From: Dimorphilus gyrociliatus
Taxonomy: Eukaryota > Animalia > Annelida
Assembly: GCA_904063045.1 (NCBI GenBank)
Contig: CAJFCJ010000009.1
Location: 476,942-540,941, forward strand
Direction: 5' to 3'
Length of the DNA stretch: 64,000 bases
Shown here one piece after another: positions 1 to 12,544 of the stretch. The notes beneath the pieces are model-generated. The model was not told where the DNA came from. It searched no databases and saw nothing but the letters and a program-made list of their open reading frames with translations. The position numbers were made by a program, and so were the translations under genes. Numbering within the stretch: the stretch's first letter is position 1; each line of letters starts with the position of its first letter.

Positions 1-106
1 TTTTTTTGGAATTGAAATATTCGCCCCTCGTGGGATTATATACAAAACAGTCGACAAATAGACTAAAGGATTAACATTTTATTTCATGCTGCTTTTTTTT
101 TATCAG

Positions 107-1771
107 CAAGATTCTATCCTGATAAGCAATGAAGACGAAGTGTTTTTTGATCCGAACGATACCTGGACGAAAGAGGATTTAACTAAATACTCCGATATCC
201 TTGCTAAAAGGAAATTGCCCAAAGATTCGCTGATGTGAGGAAAAAAATTCCAATTTACATACAAAACGCAGAATAATATATTATTCATCGAACAGAAGCT
301 TAGACGTATCTGTTGCTGATTTACTCCTGACTATGGAAACCGAAGAAAGAGCATCTCCCAAATCAGACGAACTTATACCAGTAAAGGACGTACCTAATTC
401 AACTGATAATCATATTCCACTAACTCCTCAACTCTCAAATAATAGTGATTCATTAAATATATTCAAACAGTGCGAAGACGTTTTATACTCAATTAAGAAA
501 AGCCAAAACGAAGGTAACAATTATTCTTTTATAAGATATTTATATTTTTTAGGGAAAAAAACACCGCCAGCTAATCAAGAGTTTTCAAAATAGGACATTA
601 TACCTTATTCTTCATTTCGGAAATAAAAAAAAAGTAGTAATATAGAGAGAGAAAATGCTAAAGTGCTTTTCACTTTGCTTGGTCTTTATAACACTTGAAA
701 ACCTACCGGTTTTAATTTGCAATAACTATCTTTCTGTTAGTCCTATTAAGATTGTTTTTGGGATATACAGTATATATATAAATTTATATATGCTATATAC
801 GCTATACTTATATTTATATGTCTAGAGTATAAAGTATAAACAGATTGCTATTTATATTTTCAGAACAACCAAGTTTTATTGATAGTATTATATCAAATTG
901 CCAGAGGCTAATCAACACCTTTCAAGTGTTCGCTGTGAACGAGGAAAAGTCTATGTTTCATTGTATTCCTGCTTTGGAGAAATTAGACACTGTCTCCAAT
1001 CTATGGCGTCGTACAGTTCGTAGTACAGTCCTAAGTAGAACGACTGGAGATTCGCTTAGGGATTCGATTCGGGAATTAACCAATAATCTGCTATTATTCG
1101 TCCAAACTCGCCGAGGCTTGTCGGACTGTGAAAAAAGCGTTTTAAAAACGGTTTTTGCTGCTTCCTCTTTGGCATTAATTGCTGGAGATACGCCCTCTTG
1201 TCTTCGCAAAAAAAGTAGACGCACTTCAGTGTCCACTCAGACTATAAACGCCGATTTAATAACATTCGATGGAGATGAAGAGGATATTACGCAACCGCTT
1301 ATTCAATTAAATGTTAGAAAATCGATATTAGAGGGGGCAAAGGCTGCTTCAGATTGCGTTTTTGAGGTTGTTAAACAATCATTAAAGGCTAACGAGGAAG
1401 AGATATTAGAAAAGAATCTCAAAGATGTTATAAGAACCTCTATAGACATTGTTTCGGCACTGGCTACCAGAATCATGGATGTGGAAGAAGATCATAAAAT
1501 CTGGAAGAATTTTCGTCGGGACATTACCCAGATCAATTCTCTGGCCGATAGCGTCACGCTAATGGTTACAGCAAGCCGTACAACTCCCCAAGCAAATGGA
1601 AGATGTGCTCAAATGGTCCTTAAATCTCTGGTGACATTGACACAGCATTATCCACTTTTTGAATCTGCTCTTATAGCTGTTCGTCATTCTATAAAAAACA
1701 TTAAACTATCCCCGGGTGATAACAGCGTTCGACTCTTGCCACCAGTACCGTCTGTTGAATTATCTACATAA
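107..1771 (+). CDS. TLNRD1: Talin-rod-domain protein (TLNRD1/MESDC1-like), spliced; 5' end probably upstream of the window
   Basis: Exons about 107-234, 296-513 and 864-1771 join in frame through GT-AG introns. VADLLL, FKQCED, SILEGA and C-terminal RLLPPV resemble human TLNRD1 (VADLLL, FEQCRD, AILGGA, RTLPPV) as recalled; helical-bundle composition. Confidence 0.6.
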
Positions 1772-2018
1772 TACAATCAAAGAATCAATTTGCAATCAAT
1801 TTCAATGAGAATCGATCTCTTTCCGTATTTCAAGGAATTGCCGAAATAAAGATTATTGCGTAAATTCTTTCATCTTTTGTTCAATTTTCTGTTTCTAGGG
1901 CACGGCATTTCTTTTATTCCTATGCGACGTTTGCGTGTAACGTAAATAGACGTCTACCATATAAAGGATAAACGCCGCTCATTTAATTATGAATCACGGA
2001 AGAATTTCGATCTAAACT

Positions 2019-2033
2019 CACTAGATGGCAGCA
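2019..2033 (+). promoter_or_regulatory. CTCF-like motif CACTAGATGGCAGCA between TLNRD1 and RABL3
   Basis: Close match to the CTCF core consensus; intergenic. Confidence 0.6.
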
Positions 2034-2342
2034 GAAGTGTTTTTGGCGGGGGAAAAGGAAAGAGAAGAGAGAGAGAGAGAGATGAAGAGAAAAGGGATAG
2101 AGAACTAATTACAATATGTCGTTTCTTTTATTTTGCTAGTGGAATTGATATTCTAAGAAATTTACTCCATATTTGCAAATTAAATCATTCACATTCAATA
2201 AGATATTCTATTATGAAAAGAGTTAAAAAACTTTTCAAAATTGTTCCCTTTCACGGATAGTCCACGTAAAAAATTTTACTTGTGCAACAATTGCGCCTAA
2301 ATAAGACGGTAAACCGCTACTTTGACGACTTTGATTAACTTT

Positions 2343-3803
2343 ATGGCGGCAATAGAAAAAGTACGAGTTTTGATTGTAGGAGATTCGGGTAAAATTATCT
2401 ATAATAAATATGATATATCTAAATATATTAAAGTTGAGCGATAATATAAGATATTATAATTAGGTGTTGGGAAGACATCTCTAATTCACTTAATATGTCA
2501 TAACGAACCAATCGCTAATCCTTACTGGACAATAGGCTGTTCAGTTGAGTGTAAGGTAAATATGCAGTGATATCTGTACGGCAAATACTTAATGTACACT
2601 TTATTGTTCAAGCTTCATGAATATAAAGCTGGAACACTTCATCAAAAAGATTATTTTATTGAGCTATGGGATATTGGAGGCTGGTCGGCTCATACAAATA
2701 GCCGTTCAATATTCTACAATCCAGTACACGGAGTTATTCTTGTTCACGATTTAACTAATAGAAAAACTGAACAGAATTTACGGAAATGGCTCGGTGAAGT
2801 TTTGAATAAAGAACAAAAGGAGAGAATAGAAGGGTAACTACAGCTCTTGTTAAACAAAAACCCATATCTTTCATATTAATGTCGATCCTGATCAATCAAA
2901 TGAATCGGGCAATCACCCTTTCCCACTCTAAAATCTGCTTCATTGCATAGACACGATTATGACCCGGAAATATTCGCTGGTACTCAAGTTCCTATTCTTC
3001 TTATTGGTACAAAAGTTGATATGGCTGAAAGTGTCCAAAAATCCCGTAGGCGATCAGGTATTTGTGAAGAATGCGGAGCAGATGAAATTACTCTTGTAAG
3101 TTCAATAGAATAGATTTTCTTTCTCCAACAAGAAGAAACATTAATAATGTTTAAAAATAATTAATAATAATCAACAGGATTGTACTCAAGTAAAACATTT
3201 AGCACCTGGTACAAGTAACGCTGTAACATTAAGTAGATTTTTTGACAAGGTGATTGAAAGGAAATATTATGCCAGAGAAAGTAATGCGACTAGCATTAAT
3301 GCGGCTTTTACAAGTCCTGTGAGTGTTTTTCAATTTGACCTCTTTATTTCAATCTTTTCTATTCAATATTTAAAGTGCAAGTACTTTTAATCAGCTTTTT
3401 TTTTCTTTTTTTTTTACCTATTTCTTTTTTTTCAACAATTAATTTTTTCGATAAAAACATCAAACGAACAAAAAGCATAGTTAACTAAAGAAAATTTAAT
3501 AATAAAACAAGTAGGATATAAACAAACTTTTATTGGAAACGTTTATTTTATTTCTATAATTTATAAAAAAATTTATTGAATAAAACTTAATCTGTTACGG
3601 TTAAGTGACTTATTTTCGTTCAATTGTTGTTTTAAGTTGAATATTCTATTAAACGGTAATTAATGCTCTCTTTTTTTCTTTCTTTCTTTCTTTCTTTTTG
3701 TTATTGTAATGCCGATGTTATTTTTCCTGCTTTTTTTTTTCAGATACAAGTTGGTGGACTTTTTCAGGATCGGCGGCGTGTAATTAATACAAAAAATGAC
3801 TGA
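2343..3803 (+). CDS. RABL3: Rab-like protein 3 small GTPase, about 6 exons
   Basis: Spliced translation [16 protein letters not shown]|VGKTSL...TIGCSVECK|LHEYKAGT...ELWDIGG...VHDLTNRK...IGTKVD...RFFDKVIE; last exon 3744-3803 ends TGA. Confidence 0.92.
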
Positions 3804-4721
3804 TATCTCTTTTTAAAATGTCCATTATTTTTGGAATAAACAATGGTTAATCGTTTGTTATTAAATGATTCTATTCTTTTATTTGAGAATTTTTTTTCAA
3901 ATTCCCTAATAGGGCTAATGTGTTTTAAGTGGAATGGCAAATCAATACCGTTCCCATTTCAGGCTCATTCTCCCTACTATTTAAACGTATAGGGCAAATT
4001 GTTGTTGTATGTATTTTAACCACTCCCTGTTGATTAAGCAGTAGAAATCAATTTAATATTCATCTTGCAATGTAATTGTTCTGCTCCAAATCTCATCGAT
4101 AAAAAGTCAGGAAGTGTCTCTCTTGACTGGAGTCATTCAAGCGTTCGATAATCATTTCTATGTTTCGTGTGCACGCGATATGGCAATTCGAAAAAAATCC
4201 GCTTCTTAACTTTCTTGAGCAGTTTAATCCCTACTCCACTAAAACTATGACGAAAATCACAGATTAAATAGACCCCTACCACTAAAGTGGCGGTGAGAAG
4301 TTATTCGACTGTAAAGTCTATTAAAACTTTTTACTTTCCAAAGATGGCGCCATCTTTTGGACGATATCGTCTTAATTAAGTGATTAAAATTCAGAAAGAA
4401 AATTAAAGGGGAACGAGAGAATGAGGGGGGAGGAGGGGAGAGAAAACGAATATAAGTATGAAGCAGGAAAGAAAAAAAATGAAAGGGAATGAACGAAGTA
4501 AAAATCAATCTAAATTCTATAATTCGAACGTGTATTTTTTTATTCGTCTATATAAGGAGAAAAAATGTGCAAGAAACGGACAAATTCGATGAGCGGGACG
4601 CGTCGTCGTTCAGTTAAGACGTCGTTTGTCAATAAAGCAACAGTGCAAATATGTGACTTTGTTTGTCAAGATTATTTGTTTGCATTCGATTTTGCGTGCG
4701 TTGCGAACCAAACCACCTGTT

Positions 4722-5821
4722 TCAATCGTTGCAACACTGAGCTTCAAGATGCTTAGAAAGGTAGGATTTGAGGGCGAAGGAACGCTGGCAACGATGACAC
4801 TTGTATTGTTTTGACGAAGAATGAGTGTGCATATGAGCGCGAAGGTTAGACCTGTTGGAGTTAGAGTAAAGTAAATAGACACATAGTTTTCAATTTTTCT
4901 TTGATTTCATGCATATTTCATTAAGCTATTGTAACGGAGCAAATTTTCTATAGTTGAGACAATAAAAAATCTTAGCTTTAAGTGGAAATGAAAACTAATT
5001 ACGTAATATCCTTATAAATAGAATATTTGTGTATATTTATACATATTATATATACATATCTTGTATTAATATAAATGTTGTGAGTTTACTGAACATATAT
5101 TATATACATCTATATCTGAGCCTATATTTATTCTAATAAATAATTAAAGAATATTTTTCTTATAGTGATATTCAATAAATAGCATCTGGAGATGAAAGTA
5201 AATGGTACGAACCTGTCAGCGAAAGCCTTTCCGCAATGAGCGCATCCAAAAGGACGCTCTCCAGTATGAGATCGCATATGACCTTGTAGGAGCCAAGGTC
5301 TGGAAAACCTCTTCCCGCACATTCTGCATTCGTGTCGGAGTTCGTGCGTTAATACATGCATTGCCAGTGCTGGCATAGAAACATAGGCCTTGGAGCAATG
5401 AGGGCACTTCTTAGCTGATGTTGAATCCAACGCTCGGTGAGTCTGTTTATGACGGGAGAGATTTGAAGAAGTGGCGTACGTCTTTCCGCACTCATCGCAG
5501 GCATACTTTGTGCTTGGAACTTTTTCTGAATTTTTTTTGTTTCGTCTTGACCTTCCATCCGAAACGAAAAAGGCGTCATAAGTATAAGCGACGGTTGTCG
5601 ATGCGGTTTGTGTCTTTTGTTCCGATGGCGGCGGCACCAGGGAATTGCTGTAATCTGCTAGCAACGATGATTTTATAAGAAACGACTCGCTCTCTTTTTG
5701 AATACCAACCTAGAAAAGGGAAGCATCTGACCAATGGCATAAGTGGAGGTATAGTCCAATCATTTTTTCTGGAGAAATTTTCACCTACAGAAATTTTGCG
5801 AATCAGGAACGACCGCGGCAT
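4722..5821 (-). CDS. scrt: Scratch-family (Snail superfamily) C2H2 zinc-finger repressor, 3 exons
   Basis: SNAG domain MPRSFLIRK at 5821. Scratch-type fingers [60 protein letters not shown]|[10 protein letters not shown]. Last exon 4851-4722. Confidence 0.93.
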
Positions 5822-6030
5822 GATCGGCGTCACTTTATGACTGTTGAACGTTCGGCGTGCGACGAGCGCTGATTGGCTGGAATAGTTCTGCGCGCGTTTT
5901 ACTGTAAAAAAGAGACGCCAGCAATTTCTAGCGAATTTCCTCCTTCCATTTTCGGATCCCGGACTGGGTTTGCCGCGTAGAAATACTTTACGCCAATTAG
6001 TCCATAATTGCGAGAATAAGTGACGCTTTT

Positions 6031-6063
6031 TAGACGCTTAGTAGATGCTTAGTAGACGCTTAA
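6031..6063. repeat. 3 x 11-bp tandem repeat TAGA(C/T)GCTTA(G/A) upstream of scratch
   Basis: TAGACGCTTAG TAGATGCTTAG TAGACGCTTAA read directly. Confidence 0.8.
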
Positions 6064-9000
6064 TTAGACTAATTTGCTATAGAGCCGGGCATTTTTCATC
6101 TTCTTCCTTGTACAGTATGTACAATCTATATATAGATGTCTCGATCTAGATGGACAGCCGTCGGCCGTCACTTGGGATGAGCGTCTCCGCCGACGGTCTT
6201 CGGGAATTTAGCAATTCAATCAGTCCTATTTATCCGCCTTCTCAAATTGAATGATTTTCAAAGGCTATAAAACGCTGCCTGCGGCTGCAGTTTGCTTCCG
6301 TTACAGTCCTTTTGATGTCTATGGTGCAGTCGAGCAAAATATATTCTACACTTTAGTGGGATAAGCCGATCCAGCACGCGAAAAGAACAAGAAAGGAGAA
6401 TGTTCAAATGTAAATGGAGCGTTCGTAAAAGTAAAAGAACGCAAAGTTTTTCTTTCTACATAAGGGAAATAGCGCTGTACGCCGCCATCCTGTTCAAAGG
6501 AAATAACGGAAAGAGAGACGGCTGAGAAAAGAGTGTGCGCAAGTCAGCGCGGGAGGAGGGAATGAAGAAGGGAAGGTAAGGAGAAACGGTAGAAGGCAAA
6601 AAGTCGCAACTTTTTCCACGTCATCCATCTCCTTCCTTTAAACGCGTCTTATAATGAAAAGAGGAGAGAAAATAATAATACTCTCTCGTAAATATAGGAC
6701 TATTCGATAGCCTTTTAAGACGCCCAACCGTCTCTGAGGAATTCAACAAATCGTTTCGTTTAATGGGAGAAAATTTGCCAACAGACGTATTCGAAAATAG
6801 ACGCCCCACAAAAATTCATAGTGCACTGCAATTGACGTGAATTGGAGGCGAAACGCCGCACGCAAATCGAACGTTCGGCATCGGAGAAAAAAAGTCGAGC
6901 GTTTCCGGTATAATTGCGACGGCCACGTGCCGCCACAACAGGTCGGCCCAATTCCGTTTCCGGTTGGCGTGGGGCGTGAGGCACTCGTCGAAGAATGGTA
7001 ACACGATTTGCCAATCTGGAAAAAAATCGATCCGATTCAAAACGTCGCGCTTGAATGACGTTTTCCATTCAGCTGTTTGGTGGCAAAGTTTGACAAAGTT
7101 TGACGCCGTTCGGAAATGAGTTTTCTTCTGTAAATAGACGCTTACTAAGCGCTCACTAAATAGATATGCGAGTAGATATATATTAGGATAAAGGCAGATT
7201 AGATGAGAGAAATATTTTTATAACAACCGTTTTACTATATATATAGATACAGATTGATACGTGTCTAAGGGCTACTTTGAATAACAAATATATATCACTT
7301 TATATAAATAAAATCCAACTGTTAATTGCTCTTATAGCGTTTCTTTTTTGCGCTTTTCCAAAAATAACACAATTATAGGCCTATAGGATTATATTGTGAT
7401 TTTTACTTTTTTAAGCAGACTGGTGCGATTCAAACATTTGACTGAGCTCGGAAATGAGTTTTTCTTCCGCAAACATATCCAGCAATATTTGCTCGCTTTA
7501 TCGCTTCGTCTTCATTCGATTATCGGCGAACGCTTTAGCAATTTCTCCTTTTCCCTTCCATCCCCTCATCTATAAATACATGTGCATTCACAACTTTGAC
7601 CGAAATCGATAAATTATATACCGATAAAGTCATTTACACGCATAGTCTCCTCAACGACCCTCGAAAGAGACGCTCGGGAATATTTATAGAGCTCGACGCC
7701 GAAAAATTTCCCTTCTAATCACTAGTTGCCGGTTCGACGGAAGACTGCGCTATAGGGATAGAAAAATGGCGTCTTCCTAAATTTTCTCCCAATTCACACA
7801 TCGACGCTCGATTACGTAAGGCGGTTTGTCGCAGCATTCGCGTGCCGACTGCAATTAACGCCGCCTTAGTTTGCATTCATCAATATTTGAACGCGTAAAA
7901 CTTTCTTGACGTTTATCAAGGCGTTTATTATTCGCATCGAAATCGTTCGATAAAATCACTGGCTTTATAACACGATTACATCGATTTATGAGACTATAAA
8001 ATTCGGTAGGGTTGTCAGCGCCATCTGTCTTAGCGGAACTTTACTTGTAATCTCTTCATAGTGCGTGTTCCATTCTGTACGAAAGTTGTATTATAAAGGA
8101 TTGATATTGCGTAATCCATGTATATATGTATGTCACAGGATCGCATGTTTCCAGCAATTAACGATTAATTAATGGGTAGTCATACTTAATTGACGCGTCT
8201 TGTACGAATCGACGACTTTTTTTACTATTAATATTCATTGGAATTAATTAGCTTCATAATTACTTGTTAAATATCATCTGTCAAAATGTGCTGTCGCGTG
8301 CCAATCGGGTTATAGATTCAGTTTCGTCAAACAATCTTGTAGACATTATTAAGCGTCTTAATACGATTGTTTCAAGAGCGTCCCCCTCCCCCTCCCCCTC
8401 CCTAAATTTCAGCTTTCTCTTTTTCTAATTTAAGTGTCGACTAGGCCTAAATCTATAAGGTATAATTCCTACTCCACCCTTTTTTTTTCATAATGACTGA
8501 AACTATTCAACGCTGTTATTTCTATTCACTGCTAGCTGACAATTTTCAGTTAACAATGTCGCTTTTAGGCTTATGATGCTTATTGATTTCGGTTCGACCG
8601 TTTCTTTCTACAATCATTTCCCGATTTCGAAACGATTGCCGTTTAAACGTATTGGCTGTAAAAGAGCTATGGGTAGGACTCCACCCCTAAGGAGAAAAAA
8701 GAGTTGTAGTAAAATGGGTAACTAGAGGTTAAAGACGTTATGCTACACGATGCCTTTTTGGAATCCCATCGTTAACTACGCCTCCAGAGCGCTTCCGTTT
8801 TGTGATGAAGTAGCAAATAGATAATCGGCTTTTTGAGTTTGTATTATTTTTGTGGACTATGTCATTGATTTAATTTATCTACCTGTTTTCTTTTTATCTA
8901 TTTACAGAGTTTGTCATATCTAGTAAACGACTATCTTATATTCTATCCATTAATATAAGAATATTAATAAATAAGAAAAAAAGGAAAATAGAATAGAAAA

Positions 9001-10136
9001 TACAGGAATAAAGAATAAAATAGTAATCTTGTATGATTAGTTCAATGATCCGAAAAGAAACGCTTTTTAGTGGAATTCACGCACGGGTAAAAAGTAAGCT
9101 ACCAAAATTACAATACTCTAAGCATTAATTATGGCGACAGAAATTATTTCGTTACGATTGAACAACTTAATAGGGGTCGCGACGAAACTGGAATATCTAA
9201 TAGCATCCACGCTTCGTAAACGATAGGTGTCTCCTTCGTTCTTCATTCTAGAAAAACCTGCCCTCTACTTCATACTTATAAAAATACAGCTTTCAAAGAT
9301 ATTTATATATATACAGTATATACTGTATAATATGATATTGTTTGTACGATAATAATACAGTTTGTCTGTTGATGTTTTTTATTAAATAATGTTTTAATTA
9401 GGCGTAGTTTATTAAGTGTGTACCTGTTCAAAAATAACTAAAACTCCACCTCTTAATGCTCTTTTAAGTGTTTAATCGAAGCGAAAACATCGTAAATCTG
9501 GTGGAAAATTTACCTTAAACAAAACTATTTCAGATACGGGACCTGTTAAAAGAATAACCCCCATTAATCATATATACTTACAAACAGTATAAACTTTTTA
9601 ATCCTTTAGGTAATATCATATACATTTCTATTTTTAAAAAAAGGGCGGGGACGGAGGGAAGGGGGCGAATTCTATATTAAACTAGTAAACTCTTAATTAA
9701 TTAATAAAGGCTTTGGTGACTGTTGTCCTTTAGTAGAAAACGGAAAGAATTTAGAAACCTATGAAACGAAAGTGATATTTAACTATAGGCCAATAGACAG
9801 ACTGTTGCTTACGCACGCGTATACAGGTATGTTATGATAATTGACTGTTTGGCTTATGTTTTTTCTGTTTATTATAGAGTAATTTCAAGTCTATTCGTAC
9901 GCCTCCTAGCAGTTCATTATTATATAATTTGCAGATATTCTCTGCAGTTTGTAAGCGAGATAAAAATATATTGTATTCCTTCTAACTGTGGAATGGTGAG
10001 ATGGAATGGCAGTATGAAGAGAGTATTGATTCAGGTACTACTTTCGCGTTTGAGTGCGCATAAATGTAAGTGATTTTTTTTTCTCTTTGCATGCTCGTAC
10101 AATAAATAGGCCGGGTTGAAGAAAGTTGGTAAGAAA

Positions 10137-10742
10137 ATGGATTTTAGGCTAAAAATTCAGGATATTGGCAACGAGACGCTTATAGCATCCGTGCAAACCA
10201 ACGCGAATTCAAGTTTTAACGCTTACAAAAGAAATGAAGACAGTATCGGTGCTCTGTACTACGTTTGCGTTGTAGTTGTAATTTACGGATTCGGAATAGT
10301 TCTTATGATAGGATCTGTTATAAATAAGGGAAAACAAGATAAGTCTTTTCGTAAGTACTTGTCAGATATGGATAAGGTTAAGAGATTGGAAAGAAAGGAA
10401 GAAAAGATTAAAACTCGCTTACTAATGGAAAAGAAGAGAATTGAATTCCAAACAGAACAACAGTCGTCTCAAAGGACATTTTCATTAAAGGAAGACAGAA
10501 GCGATCTCACTGCTATGGAGAAAACCCCCCGGAAAGTACAAATAAGAATTCAACCCCCTTTTACAGTCGCTTTGGAATGTCATTATAATGGGTTACACTC
10601 GCAGGAATATTCAACGAGTGACGATGTCGAAACGTGTGCTATTCAGATGACAGAAAAAGATGATGATGTGTTTTATAAAGACAATTCCCCATCGCCACTA
10701 GATCCAGTTAAGGAAGAGCAGTATCCGCACGATTTCGCATAG
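10137..10742 (+). CDS. Uncharacterised single-pass membrane protein (type III topology-like); start uncertain
   Basis: Open frame 10116-10742. N-glycosylation sequons NET and NSS precede one hydrophobic helix (ALYYVCVVVVIYGFGIVLMIGSV), followed by a basic coiled segment and an acidic tail. Confidence 0.75.
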   Translation: MDFRLKIQDIGNETLIASVQTNANSSFNAYKRNEDSIGALYYVCVVVVIYGFGIVLMIGSVINKGKQDKSFRKYLSDMDKVKRLERKEEKIKTRLLMEKKRIEFQTEQQSSQRTFSLKEDRSDLTAMEKTPRKVQIRIQPPFTVALECHYNGLHSQEYSTSDDVETCAIQMTEKDDDVFYKDNSPSPLDPVKEEQYPHDFA

Positions 10743-12367
10743 CTGTGCATCTGTTACGTGTTTTGAGCTGCATACAGTGTGATTAACTACATCGTAGATA
10801 CAAAAAATACCCTTCCCATTATTCTATCTGCACTTTTCCAGATGTTAATTCATATCTTCATATTTATTAAAGTTTCTTTTCGTAAGATCAAAAAGTACTG
10901 CAAAATTTTCCTCTATAACCCTTGTTTCCGTGCCTAGCTTTCTATTGCTAAATTCTATAATGGCATTACCCTACACGGGAATTCCCAAAGTAAGCAAGCT
11001 TCTTTTTAAGTCGTTCTCTTTCATAGTGGATTTTTGACGGGGTATTGCACCCTATCTCTAAGAGAAAATACTTAAAAGAGAGCCATCACATGTCTGTCTA
11101 TAAATACAATAAGACATTCAGGTTCTAAATAATACAAGGAAGATGAACGATAGCGCTCATACTTTAATAATACTCTATTAATTTATATATAACTTTTTAG
11201 GTATTAATCTTGAAGTAGTTTAGAATGTTTCTTATGATATTTCTAGACTTTAGCGATTACTACCTTATACTATAGACACTTGTATATACACGATAGATGG
11301 CGTCTATAACGACCACTCCCAAGAGAATGAAATGAAGAAATACAACGTTATATAGTTATAATACAATCCTTCCTTTCTCATTGACTCTTTCTTTCCTTCT
11401 TTCGCCTTTTTTCCTTTCTTTCTCTCTCTCTCTCTCTTTCTCTAAAAATATTTTCATTCAAATAAAATAATGGAAGCAATCAACAAACAATCAAAACTAC
11501 AATAATAATCAATTTAAATATGACAGAGATATCTTACATTCGCTAGACTAGAAGATTCTTTTGTCTTAGTTTATTACCAGATTATTTTTTACAACATTCC
11601 TTCCTCTATAGACTTTTTTAAATAAATAACGTAGATATCTTTAAATAACTTTCTATTTTTAGCCAAATTTTAGTTTTATAAAGCAGATCCAAAAACATAA
11701 AAAAAAACCAGATAGTTTTGATAAAGAAGGCTTGAAAATTATGTTTGGAAAGTCAGAGATGAATTTTATAAACCATACGTTTCTTGTCTTTTTTAGTATA
11801 TAGGCTTAAAGTAGTTTTTTGTTTAATTCTATAAGTAATATACAAAATACAACAGGTGTTTATATTAATTACATCTTTGAAAAGAAGAATAGATTAGAAG
11901 AAGAGATTAATTAAAATATAGATATATAGACGAATTAAAAGGAAATTGTTAAATGAGGAAAGGAAGAGAACAATGAAATTATTAGCTATATATTCCTTAG
12001 TTTTAGATTGCCTCTTGAAATACACTTGCCACACCTCTTAAGAACATGCAAAACAACGCTTTTATTGATAAAAGTATTGTATTTAGCACCTAATTGTTTA
12101 CTATTAGACGTTATTAATGCTCTATCGTCTAAATTTAAGACTAGAAGGCTAAAAAATACACTTAATTTTTTTCTGCTCTAAATTAGACACTAATCAATTG
12201 GAAGAGCCCTATATATAAATAGAATATAGATGGCGACTACAGTAATAAAATCACTCTCATTTATTTGAAAAGAAAACAATAGCCAACGGAAGGTAAAATG
12301 ATCATATTTGTAATTCAAGAAATATTACTATGATCACATCTCTCTCATATATTGCATCAGTTTTTTC

Positions 12368-12420
12368 GCGCATGCGCAATTGTGGTGATGACAGTGGCAG
12401 ACCAATCAGCTTTACACACG
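12368..12420 (+). promoter_or_regulatory. XBP1 promoter: NRF1-type palindrome GCGCATGCGC (12368-12377) and near-ERSE CCAAT-N9-ACACG (12402-12420)
   Basis: Read directly; ERSE consensus is CCAAT-N9-CCACG (one mismatch, exact spacing). Confidence 0.55.
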
Positions 12421-12544
12421 TTCTAGTGTGAGTCATTCAAAGGATAGATAAACAATGTGTTTTCGTTGAAACTTACCAAAATTACGACGGCTATTGCCAA
12501 TATAACAGTACTTTTTTTTAATTAGATATATATAATAGTAAATT

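Noticed and set aside
6621-7068. Three overlapping ORFs upstream of scratch
   Set aside because: Explained by locally higher GC (fewer stops); no recognisable protein features.
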